Shown piece after piece: positions 16,102 through 25,286 of a DNA stretch of 64,000 nucleotides. The notes under the pieces were generated by a model, which searched no databases, was not told where the DNA came from, and saw nothing but the letters and a program-made list of their open reading frames with translations. Each line of letters opens with the position of its first letter. Position 1 is the stretch's first letter. The stretch comes from Micavibrio sp. UBA6147 (GTDB lineage Bacteria; Pseudomonadota; Alphaproteobacteria; Micavibrionales; UBA1664). A program made the translations under genes and the position numbers. The DNA is taken from NCBI GenBank assembly GCA_002423185.1, contig DIUX01000002.1, positions 900,229-964,228 of the forward strand. Reading direction: 5' to 3'.

Positions 16102-19100
16102 CTATTCCATCGATACCAAACCGCGCAAACGCTGTTCGGCGAGAGTGAGCATGGACAGGTCGAGAGTTGCTGTACGGCGCATGTCCTGTATGGTTTTTTG
16201 AACATGGTCGATGGCCTTGATATGGTGGCTCGCCCAATGCTTGACCTTGTCCTCCGCCCCGATTTTCGGACATTCCCGAAGAATGGATGAGCAAATCTCC
16301 GCATGGATGGTGTAGAGCTCCTCACGCAGACTCTCCAGCACGCTTTCTTGCCATTTATTGCCGGCAAAGATGCTTGCCGATTGTTGGTGCAGCCAGCTTA
16401 TGTTCAAAGTATCGCCGATATGGTGATAGACATGTGCGACGGATTCGATGTCGGCCTTGTGCTTATGCGCCAAATAGGTGACGTCGCAACTCGAGCGCAG
16501 CAAGCCGAGCATGGCGATGTCATTGGCGAGGTCTTGCGGCATGCCGCTGTCTTTATGGGCGTGAACGAGTTTGGTCAATTGCGTTTTTTGTGCCGCCGGC
16601 AAGGTGCGCTCAAGACAATCCTTGAATCCTTGCAAGCCTTGCTGGTATTGCGCCACAACAGGGGCAAGGCTGTCTTGCCCTTGCAAAACCCCGTGCTTGA
16701 GGAACCATAATGTGGCGTGCTCGGTGAGCGAGGCAATGTTGCGCATGGCCTGTAGCTGAACCGTCGCGGGGATTTTGTTGTCGAGCGCCTCAATCGCGTT
16801 CCATAGTTTCTTGAACCCGAATGTTTCGCGGACAAAGAAACAGGCTTTGGCGGCTTCGTGCGGTTCGGTGTTTGACTTTTTGGTCAATTCCATCACGAAA
16901 ACGGGGCCGAAACGGTTGATGATGGCGCTGGTCATCCGTGTCGCGATGATTTCGCGGCGTAATTTATGCCCCAAAATCGTTTCACGGAATTTTTTCCGTA
17001 AGGGTTGCGGGAAGTAAAACACAAGCCAGCTGTCAAACGCAGGGTCATCCGGCACGTTGCTGTTGAGCAAGGCGTTGTACAGGTGGGTTTTGGCGTGCGA
17101 GATCAGGACGCTGAGTTCAGGGCGGGTCAGGCCTTTATGGTCTTTCATGCGTTGCTCGATCATTTCCTCGTTCGGCAGGCCTTCGAGCTTGCGGTCAAGG
17201 GCGTGGTAATGTTCGAGTTCCTGAATAAACCGTGCATGCGAGCGCAAATCATCCGCCGCATTGAGCGCGGCGAGCGAGATGGCCTGTGATTGTTGGTAGT
17301 TATTGTCCAGCACCAGTCCGGCGACTTCCTCTGTCATTTGCTGGAGCAACTCATTGCGTTGCTTGAGCGACATCGCTTTGGGGTTTTGCCGCATTAATAA
17401 GGCGAGCATGATCTTGATGTTGACCTCGTGGTCGGAACAATCAACCCCGCCCGAATTGTCGATGAAGTCGGCATTGAGTTTGACGCCGTTCATGGCCATT
17501 TCGATGCGGCCTTTTTGCGTGACGCCGAGATTGGCCCCTTCGCCGACCACCCGCGCCACAATTTGCGAGGCATCTACGCGTAAGGAATCATTGGCCTTGT
17601 CGCCGACATCGGCGTTGGTTTCATCGCCAGCCTTGATATAGGTGCCGATGCCGCCAAACCATAAAAGATCAGCCTTGGAACGCAGCATCGCACGGATCAA
17701 TTCCGCCGGCGTCACGTCATCTTGGGCAATGTTGAATCGTGCCTTGATTTGAGGAGTCAGGCGCAATGATTTGTCCGAGCGGTTATAAATGCGTCCGCCT
17801 TCGGACAATAATTTGGTGTTGTAGTCACCCCATCCACGCACTTTTTCAAACAGGCGCTTGCGTTCCTTGAAGGTTTTGGACGGGCTCGGGTCGGGGTCAC
17901 AGAAAATGTGAACATGGTTAAACGCGCCGACAAGGCGAATTTTTTCGGACAGGATCATGCCGTTGCCGAACACATCCCCCGCCATGTCGCCGACGCCGAT
18001 GACGTCGAATTCCTGCGTTTGGGTGTCGTGGTCAAGCTCGCGGAAATGGCGCTTGACGCATTCCCACGCCCCGCGTGCGGTGATGCCGACTTCCTTGTGG
18101 TCATAGCCCGCCGATCCGCCGGAGGCGAACGCATCGGACAGCCAGAAATTATAATCCGCCGACAAAGCATTGGCGATGTCGGAAAATTTCGCCGTGCCTT
18201 TATCCGCCGCAACCACCAAATACGGGTCATCGCCATCATGGCGCACAACATCATGCGGCGGCAGGATTGTTTCCTGATCCAGATTATCGGTAATATCAAG
18301 CATACCGCGCACCAAAATGCGGTAACATTCAATGCCTTCGCGCTCAATATCCTCCCGCAGGCCGGATTTTGGCGGATTCTTGACGATGAAGCCACCCTTG
18401 GCACCAACCGGCACGATCACGGCGTTTTTCACGGTTTGCGCCTTCATCAGGCCGAGAATCTCGGTGCGGAAATCTTCGTGGCGGTCGGACCATCGTATGC
18501 CGCCGCGCGCGATCATGCCGCCGCGCAGGTGTACCCCTTCCATCCGCGGAGAATAAACGAAAATTTCGGCCATTGGACGCGGCAGGGGAAGGAAGGTGAT
18601 CTCGGAACTCTTGAATTTGAATGACACATAGTCTTTTTCAAGACCGCTCGCATCTTTTTGGAAGAAGTTTGTGCGCATGGTGTTTTGGATGAGCGTCCCG
18701 AACGCCCGCAAAATGCGGTCTTGGTCGAGAGAATGAACGGCATCCAAGGCGGCGTTGAGCTGTGCCGCATAGGCTTTATCGGAATGCGCTTCACTGTTTT
18801 TACGGTCTTTTTTGGCGATTTTCGGGTTATGACGGCTCTTGAACCAGTCGATCAATATCCGCGCAACCGCGGGGAAATCGGTCAAGGCCTTCATCAGATA
18901 TTCCGGCGTGAAGGGAAAATTAGCCTGTTTCAAATATTTGGTATAGGCGCGCAAAATCACCACATCGCGCCACGGAATACGGGCGGAGAGGATGAGTTTA
19001 TTAAGGCTGTCATTTTCCGCCCGCGCATACCAGATTTGGTGCAAGGCGTCTTCGAACACCTCTTTGGCGTCTTTCACCGGCACGGTTTCGCCGTCATTCA

Positions 19101-20928
19101 TATCCATCAAGAAGTCGTGAATCCAGACGGTTTTGCCGCGGCCTTCGGCCTTGGTTTCGAAGGGGAGTTCCGCCAGAACATTCAGCCCCATATTCTCGAT
19201 GATTGGAATAATGTCGGAGAGCGGGATCGGGCGATCCGGACTGAAGATTTTCAGGCGCAGCTTGCTTTTTTGCAGGCCGGCGGGGCGGTACAGCACTTGC
19301 TTGATTTTGTGGTCTTTGTGCAGAGCTTCGATTTGCTCGATGTCTTTGATGGCCTGTGATGGCAGGAATTTTTCCTGATACGCCACCGGAAACGCTTGGC
19401 CATAGGCACGGGCGAGTTCGAAACATTTGCGGACTTCGCCGTATTCGTCGATGAAGGCCTGCAGGAGGCGTTCCTCCCAATGGCGGCCGGCCTCGATCAA
19501 TTTTTTCTCTAACGCGTCAACGTCAAAGGCGCGGCAGGAGGATTGCTCGGTCTTGACGATGAACAACACACGCGCCAGCGGGCTGTCGTCCAGCGTGGTA
19601 TAAAAGGTGTTGCACACGCCGTGGAGTTCTTCTTCGAGAATCTTTTGGAACCGGACGCGCAAATTGGTTTCGTATAAATCGCGCGGAATATAGACAAGGC
19701 ACGAAATATAGCGCCGGAACGGATCAATACGGGTGAACAGCGCCACACGCGGGCGCTCTTGCAGGCGCAGGATGCTGTGAACAAAGGTTTCGAGCAAACC
19801 GCGGTCGATCTGGAACAACTCGTCCCGCGGATATTTTTCAAGGATATGGTTGATGGCCTTGAAATGGTGGCTGTTGGGGCGGAATTGCGAATCCTCAATA
19901 ACCTGACGCACTTTGTCCCGCAAAAGCGGCACATCATTCACACTGCGCGAATAGGTGACGGAGGTGAACAAACCGATGAACAGGCGTTCACCAATGACGG
20001 TGCCTTTGCGGTCAAAAACCTTAATATGAATGCCGTCCAGCGGCACACGGCGGTGGACGGTGGAGCGGCGGCTCACCTTCGACACCGTGATGATGTCCAT
20101 GTCGCGGCGCATTTGCTGAAGCTCCGGCGGCAGGGGGAGTTTGCTGTCGCTGATGTATGCGGGGGTGATTTCGTCGCGCAGCAAGCCAAGCGAACTGTTC
20201 TTCACCACTTGCGAGGTGACGAGGTCTTTCTTGTTTTTGAAATCGTATTCGCGGTAGCCCAAAAGCGTGAAGTTATCATCATGCAAATAACGCAAAAAGT
20301 CGGTGTATTTTTGCAATTCTTCCGCCGGAAGGGGGGCGTTTGTCTTGAATTCATCAATACAGGCGAGCAAGGTTTCCTTCATCGCCGACCAGTCATTCGT
20401 GGCATGGCGCACGTCTTGGATGACCGATAAGATGCTCATTTTCAGGCGTTTGCATTGGTCGGGGGTGAGGCTTCCGGCGACTTCGATGAACAGGATGTTT
20501 TCCTGCGACGCGCCTTTTTCGCCGTGCGGGGCGACGGAGTCGCGGCCGAATTTACGGTTACGAACGATGCTCAGAACCGGATGCATCAAGGTCACGATGC
20601 GCAAATTGTTGCGAATAATCTCCGCCGCGATGGAGTCGATCAAAAACGCCCGTTCCTTGGTGTTAATAAGGATGCTGGTTTTACGGCTGTCGCGGTCGAT
20701 GGTTTTGTGCAGTGGTGATGAAATGATGATGTTCGTGTCACCCGGCTTGCGCTTTTCGGTAAAGGCCCAAAGCTCGCGCAGGATGGTGGTCATGTCTTGC
20801 GGGGTGTAGGGCGCGACATCGGCATCATCAAGGGCGCGCAGGTATAAATCCGCAAAAGTTTTGAAGTCCGGATCCGAATTGTCGGGGAGCAAAGAAAGAA
20901 TCGTGTTCGATAAAGGGGCGGATACCAT
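16102..20928 (-). CDS. NAD-specific glutamate dehydrogenase, large (~180 kDa) class
   Basis: 1608 aa. The central catalytic region carries GGIRWSDR, PVGAKGGF and GDMAGDVFGNGM. The architecture matches the bacterial large NAD-GDH family. Confidence 0.95.
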   Translation of the reverse strand: MVSAPLSNTILSLLPDNSDPDFKTFADLYLRALDDADVAPYTPQDMTTILRELWAFTEKRKPGDTNIIISSPLHKTIDRDSRKTSILINTKERAFLIDSIAAEIIRNNLRIVTLMHPVLSIVRNRKFGRDSVAPHGEKGASQENILFIEVAGSLTPDQCKRLKMSILSVIQDVRHATNDWSAMKETLLACIDEFKTNAPLPAEELQKYTDFLRYLHDDNFTLLGYREYDFKNKKDLVTSQVVKNSSLGLLRDEITPAYISDSKLPLPPELQQMRRDMDIITVSKVSRRSTVHRRVPLDGIHIKVFDRKGTVIGERLFIGLFTSVTYSRSVNDVPLLRDKVRQVIEDSQFRPNSHHFKAINHILEKYPRDELFQIDRGLLETFVHSILRLQERPRVALFTRIDPFRRYISCLVYIPRDLYETNLRVRFQKILEEELHGVCNTFYTTLDDSPLARVLFIVKTEQSSCRAFDVDALEKKLIEAGRHWEERLLQAFIDEYGEVRKCFELARAYGQAFPVAYQEKFLPSQAIKDIEQIEALHKDHKIKQVLYRPAGLQKSKLRLKIFSPDRPIPLSDIIPIIENMGLNVLAELPFETKAEGRGKTVWIHDFLMDMNDGETVPVKDAKEVFEDALHQIWYARAENDSLNKLILSARIPWRDVVILRAYTKYLKQANFPFTPEYLMKALTDFPAVARILIDWFKSRHNPKIAKKDRKNSEAHSDKAYAAQLNAALDAVHSLDQDRILRAFGTLIQNTMRTNFFQKDASGLEKDYVSFKFKSSEITFLPLPRPMAEIFVYSPRMEGVHLRGGMIARGGIRWSDRHEDFRTEILGLMKAQTVKNAVIVPVGAKGGFIVKNPPKSGLREDIEREGIECYRILVRGMLDITDNLDQETILPPHDVVRHDGDDPYLVVAADKGTAKFSDIANALSADYNFWLSDAFASGGSAGYDHKEVGITARGAWECVKRHFRELDHDTQTQEFDVIGVGDMAGDVFGNGMILSEKIRLVGAFNHVHIFCDPDPSPSKTFKERKRLFEKVRGWGDYNTKLLSEGGRIYNRSDKSLRLTPQIKARFNIAQDDVTPAELIRAMLRSKADLLWFGGIGTYIKAGDETNADVGDKANDSLRVDASQIVARVVGEGANLGVTQKGRIEMAMNGVKLNADFIDNSGGVDCSDHEVNIKIMLALLMRQNPKAMSLKQRNELLQQMTEEVAGLVLDNNYQQSQAISLAALNAADDLRSHARFIQELEHYHALDRKLEGLPNEEMIEQRMKDHKGLTRPELSVLISHAKTHLYNALLNSNVPDDPAFDSWLVFYFPQPLRKKFRETILGHKLRREIIATRMTSAIINRFGPVFVMELTKKSNTEPHEAAKACFFVRETFGFKKLWNAIEALDNKIPATVQLQAMRNIASLTEHATLWFLKHGVLQGQDSLAPVVAQYQQGLQGFKDCLERTLPAAQKTQLTKLVHAHKDSGMPQDLANDIAMLGLLRSSCDVTYLAHKHKADIESVAHVYHHIGDTLNISWLHQQSASIFAGNKWQESVLESLREELYTIHAEICSSILRECPKIGAEDKVKHWASHHIKAIDHVQKTIQDMRRTATLDLSMLTLAEQRLRGLVSME

Positions 20929-21060
20929 AATTTACAGACCTGTGTTATACTCTATTATGCATCTTCGAAACGCGCATGAACCATCACTACACTATGCCGA
21001 AAAATTGCTGCGGGCAAGAGCACAGCTTAGCGAAATATTCTTTGTGGGGAAGAAAGAAAT

Positions 21061-21762
21061 ATGTGTGGCCGTTATGCGGTTTTTGCATCACTGAGGGAAA
21101 TTTGTCGCCGTTTCGGGGCGTTGCCGCCGGACGAAACGCAGGCGCAGGGCTGGAAACCCCTGTATAACGCCGCTCCGATGATGGATGTGCCGATCATTAT
21201 TCGTGGCCAGATGGGGTTTGCGCGATGGGGGTTTGTCCCGACATGGGCGAAGGACGAACAAAACGCAGCAAAGCTGATAAACGCCCGCAGTGAAACCATC
21301 GCCGAAAAACCGACATTCAAGGATGCGTGGATCAAACGCCGGCGGTGCCTTATCCCCGCCAACGGGTTTTATGAATGGAAAAAACAAGGCGCTGACCAAG
21401 GCGCGTATTTTATCGGCCCCGATTACGATGTGCCGCACGGCACGGAGGATATGATCAACGGCAATGTCGTTTTTGGGTTTGCGGGGCTGTGGGAGGTCTG
21501 GAATGACCGCGTCGGCTTTACCATCCTGACCCGCCCTGCCCGCCCGTCACTGGAGCATATTCACGCGCGGGAGCCGGTCATTTTTTCGCCGCAGCAAGCC
21601 GATCTATGGTTCAACAGTGATTATGGCGGGGCACAGACGATGATGGAAGAACAAACCCATGAGGCCATTCGGTTTTGGCGCGTCGGGCCCGATGTCGGGT
21701 CGGTCAAAAATAATGATCCGGCCTTGTTAAAGCCGGATCATCAGTCTTCGGTTTTATTATGA
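21061..21762 (+). CDS. yedK: SOS response-associated peptidase (SRAP/YedK family, abasic-site processing protein)
   Basis: N-terminal MCGRYA with catalytic Cys2, plus NARSETIAEKPTF and CLIPANGFYEW motifs. Confidence 0.88.
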   Translation: MCGRYAVFASLREICRRFGALPPDETQAQGWKPLYNAAPMMDVPIIIRGQMGFARWGFVPTWAKDEQNAAKLINARSETIAEKPTFKDAWIKRRRCLIPANGFYEWKKQGADQGAYFIGPDYDVPHGTEDMINGNVVFGFAGLWEVWNDRVGFTILTRPARPSLEHIHAREPVIFSPQQADLWFNSDYGGAQTMMEEQTHEAIRFWRVGPDVGSVKNNDPALLKPDHQSSVLL

Positions 21763-21851
21763 AACCTGTCTTATAAACCCATCAAAAAACAACAACGGAT
21801 CGTAATGCGGCGGGGCAGGGCGGCGGTATAATCGGCCGCCCTTTATGCGCA

Positions 21852-22550
21852 TTATTTCGGTTGTTTTTTAACGCCGCGTGGTTTGGCGTCGTTGAGGAGC
21901 TGAGCGGTGCTGGCACGCTCGGCATTGCTGTCTTTCAAGAGCCAAGAGGCGCGGACAAACTTGTCGTTGCCGTCAACGAGGGCTTCGGGCGCTGGCTTCG
22001 AGAACTCTTCTTTGGCTTGCGCGATTTTGCCTTCGGCGGTGCCTTTGAACTCACCGGCAAGGCTGGTCGCGGCGGCTCTGGCTTTTTCGAAGAAACTAAG
22101 GGCGCGGCCTTTGACTTGATCGGCTTTGGCTTTGCCGCCTTCTTTGGCGATTTCGGCCAGTTGTTTCGGGTCTTTGGTGCCGAGGTTATAAGCCATGGCG
22201 AGGGTCGCGGCAATGGTGATGCCGGTTTCGCGGGCCTCTTGGATGGCTTGTTCTTTCAACGCTGCGAATGTTTTTTGTGCTTCGTCTTTATTCTTGGGCA
22301 AGCCGAGTTCACTGATGGTTGTTTCAACGCGGCCTTTGGCGCCTTCGATCGTGCCTTTAATGTCAAGAACATTGACGGGGTTGAGAGCCTCAACCGGTGT
22401 GAATTCAGGGGTTTTTTTAACGCGGTAAAGCGTGACGTCGCCGTCAACGGCCTGCGCGTAAGCCAGCATTTGGCGCGCCGTGCCGAAACGGACATAATCG
22501 TCGCCTTGGTCGAGCTTTGCGTTTTCTACTACTGCATAATATGCGGTCAT
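21852..22550 (-). CDS. hypothetical protein (232 aa): small N-terminal domain plus Ala/Lys/Glu-rich amphipathic helical region
   Basis: ATG at 22550 (MTAYYAVVEN...). The upstream extension to 22637 is Cys/Phe/Tyr-rich and implausible. The 250-aa ORF on the opposite strand is a Phe/Gly-rich shadow. Confidence 0.55.
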   Translation of the reverse strand: MTAYYAVVENAKLDQGDDYVRFGTARQMLAYAQAVDGDVTLYRVKKTPEFTPVEALNPVNVLDIKGTIEGAKGRVETTISELGLPKNKDEAQKTFAALKEQAIQEARETGITIAATLAMAYNLGTKDPKQLAEIAKEGGKAKADQVKGRALSFFEKARAAATSLAGEFKGTAEGKIAQAKEEFSKPAPEALVDGNDKFVRASWLLKDSNAERASTAQLLNDAKPRGVKKQPK

Positions 22551-22923
22551 TGTTTGATACCTTTCCGTCAGATGGTGTTTGTGTATTTTTTCATAATAAT
22601 AAAAACCGAATAAAGAGATGCATAAACAAGTTTTCATAATATGTCAAACTTTTTTCATAACCTTAAGTTGATATTTTAAGGTGGGGGATTTCACGACGGC
22701 CTGAGGCCTTCATCATATTCGCTATCCTGTTGCGCCGCTGTGGCTCCAACTCCTTTTTATCGCGTTGCTTGCCCGATGAATACTCAGTTAGAGCCGCGTG
22801 ATGCATCGTGCCATTTTGTTTATAGAGTTAAGAACGGGAGCCGAGCCGTTAAGGCAGGGCGGCCTTATGTACTTCTTACGCCCTGAACTTCTCCTTATAT
22901 AAGGGGGCAAACAAACCGTATTA

Positions 22924-22994
22924 GGGCGAGGGCGCAGGTTGGGGCAGGGCGCACGGGAACGTTCGAGGGGGCGCACGGCGTGGGCGCTCGGGGG
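22924..22994 (+). other. G-run-rich tract (at least 8 runs of G3-G5 in ~70 nt) with recurring GGGCGC(A/T) motif; G-quadruplex potential
   Basis: G-runs read directly at 22924, 22930, 22941, 22947, 22955, 22967, 22982 and 22990. GGCGCA/GGCGCT recurs at 22931, 22948, 22970 and 22983. Confidence 0.6.
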
Positions 22995-23334
22995 AAACAG
23001 AGTGACGGTGGTGGCCTCAAATGTGCCGATTTACGGGCGCGGAAATCGCTTTTACGCCGCTCGTGCATCGCCTTTAACACAGGATTTTCGCCGGATTAGT
23101 TTTTCAAGAAGTTATCCTTCATTTTTTTCTTGACAGTTTTTCATAAGACGTGCAATGAATGCCCTAGCACATGTTTTATGAAAATTAGATGCGGTTTGTG
23201 CCGCCCTTGTTTTTGATGTGATCGGCGCTGTTTTTAGTGTGATTAATGTCAATGAAACAAAGGCATAGCGGATTTAAGTAAGAATATTAGAGTGCTAGAT
23301 TTTTACACCATTGAACCAGATTAGGGAGTAAGAA

Positions 23335-25005
23335 ATGACGGTTGATGTAAGCAAACTCGAGAAGATTGAAGACGAAGTCGGCAATGTTCTGGGCTATGTA
23401 CAAGGCGATAACGTGATCGATGAAGACGGATCCGTGATCGGCGAAATTGATGCAGACGGCGACGCCGTTTTCCACGAAACAGAAGAAGTCCTCGAAGATA
23501 TCGCAGCCTCCACGGCCTCGTACACTCAAGATGAGGACGGCGCAGACTATAACTTGATGCAAGTTGTCGATAACTATATCGAAGCATTGCACGGCCGCGG
23601 TCTGGCGCTGATGGACCCGCCGGAATATCCGTCCGACGCTGTTTTGACCGCCATCAAAGACGAAAAGGTCAAAGAAACTCAGCAAATGCTGCGTGACCTT
23701 ATGGATGGCTTGATGAACGAGATTGACTTTAACGACCTCAACACTATCTCCAATTTCGGTCGTGACCGTTCGGACGAGATGATGAAATTGTCGCTTGAAA
23801 TTCTCGACTCTGAAGACGCCGAAGGCAACATCAGCAAAAAATACACCGAAGCCAAACAACATGTCGAAGCCATCAAAAATGATGACTTTTTCTCTCAAGT
23901 TGCCGGTCTTGCCGACCGTCAGGCCGGTAAAGCGGTTGACTTCGTCAAGAAAAACCCAGGCAAGACAGCCGCCGCCGGTGCCGCCGGTGTCGGAGCGTTG
24001 ATTGTCGGGGCGCCTATCGCCATCGGTGGCGCGGCCTTGGCTTACGTCGGCTCCAAATTCTGGAAAAAGAAAGAGGAGAACGCCCAAGACGAACTCCGTA
24101 AAGAAGCCAACAACCTCGCCAAAGAACTCAAAAGAATGCGTGAGCGCGGTGACAAAGCGTTTGCAGCCCTCGAAGAGTCTGCCGAAGCGATGCATGAGCG
24201 TCACTCAAACTCCAAGCGCGCGATTGCCGCTTTGCTCTTGCAACACCGCAGAACCTGCGTGTTCTTGAGCGCAGCCAAAGAGATCGAGCGCCGGATTGAG
24301 GTTGATATTCTTCCGGTTATTAAAACGGCTTATAACGAAGCCGTCAAAGCCGGCGGCCCAAGCGAAGACTTGAAAGCGCAGCTTGAAACGATGGCAAACG
24401 CCCACGAAGCGATTACCTTCCGTGTCAACAGCTTGCAAACAGCCTACGCAACCAGCGTTGCCGAAGCGCAGCGCCAGCGTAACTTGCAAATCGCCTTGGC
24501 CAAAACCGACATGAAGATCAAAGATCACTTGACCGAAACGAAGTCCCAATGGACATTCCGCCTCGGTCAATCGATTGAAACACTGCGGACGCTGTCGATT
24601 ATCGAAGCCGTTGACGACATGGACAAATTGTCCGACGAAATGGTCGTTGCCGGTTCCGATATGGATCAAGTAACGGGTGCTTTGGTCAAGCGTTCCTCCG
24701 AACGCGCAGCGGTTGACCCCGCCTTGGTGGCAGAAGCCTTGGCAAAAACCGCGAAGACAGCTGAATTGCTGGCATCCAGCGGCGCAGGCAAACAAAAAGC
24801 CGACCGTGCCTTGCTGGCCGGTGCCGTAAGAGACCTCAACGCGACGGCCGAAAAAGCCCGCAATACGAGACTCTTGCCGCCGACCTCACGCCCCAAAACG
24901 GCAGAACAAGACAACGGCAAGCCGGAGCAACCACGCCTTGGCAAACCGGCGCCCGCCACAAACGGTGCCCGCCGCGTCAAACGCGCAGGCCCGAAGCCTG
25001 AGTAA
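23335..25005 (+). CDS. TelA-like (toxic anion resistance family-like) coiled-coil protein with inserted glycine-zipper hydrophobic segment
   Basis: ATG with GGAG 8 nt upstream. The pattern DFNDLNTISNFGRDRSDEMMKLSLEIL and the later helical block FRVNSLQTAYATSVAEAQRQRNLQIALAKTDMKIKDHL...WTF resemble TelA/KlaA by eye. Hydrophobic segment TAAAGAAGVGALIVGAPIAIGGAALAYVGSKFW lies at 23965-24063. The family assignment is tentative (about 0.4). Confidence 0.7.
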   Translation: MTVDVSKLEKIEDEVGNVLGYVQGDNVIDEDGSVIGEIDADGDAVFHETEEVLEDIAASTASYTQDEDGADYNLMQVVDNYIEALHGRGLALMDPPEYPSDAVLTAIKDEKVKETQQMLRDLMDGLMNEIDFNDLNTISNFGRDRSDEMMKLSLEILDSEDAEGNISKKYTEAKQHVEAIKNDDFFSQVAGLADRQAGKAVDFVKKNPGKTAAAGAAGVGALIVGAPIAIGGAALAYVGSKFWKKKEENAQDELRKEANNLAKELKRMRERGDKAFAALEESAEAMHERHSNSKRAIAALLLQHRRTCVFLSAAKEIERRIEVDILPVIKTAYNEAVKAGGPSEDLKAQLETMANAHEAITFRVNSLQTAYATSVAEAQRQRNLQIALAKTDMKIKDHLTETKSQWTFRLGQSIETLRTLSIIEAVDDMDKLSDEMVVAGSDMDQVTGALVKRSSERAAVDPALVAEALAKTAKTAELLASSGAGKQKADRALLAGAVRDLNATAEKARNTRLLPPTSRPKTAEQDNGKPEQPRLGKPAPATNGARRVKRAGPKPE

Positions 25006-25286
25006 TCAGGATTTGGGTTCGCGGGAACACCCGCCAATATTGTAACGAGATAAGGGAACAGCCCGTCGCCCATTCTAGGCGGGCGTTCCTTCCCCCTCTT
25101 CATTCTTGGCGCCGGCACAGCTGCCATAAACGAAGAAACACCGGAAATTTACTTTCCGAAATCTGGTCTGAAGCCGCCTGTTATGACGTGTATCAAAGCG
25201 GTCGTGACAGGCGGTTTTCATTATCAAACACTGAATAAAACACAGAAAAAATATGCCGTGAGGCGGAACATACGGGACGAAACATA

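Noticed and set aside
22551-23334. I tested whether the long spacer encodes tmRNA (including the permuted alphaproteobacterial form), RNase P RNA or SRP RNA.
   Set aside because: It has no GGTTCGA-type T-arm followed by a CCA-ending acceptor strand and no plausible tag reading frame ending in hydrophobic-Ala-Ala. It also lacks a GGAAAGTCC/ACAGAACCCGGCTTA RNase P core and an SRP domain-IV motif. It is kept as an unclassified candidate in the findings.
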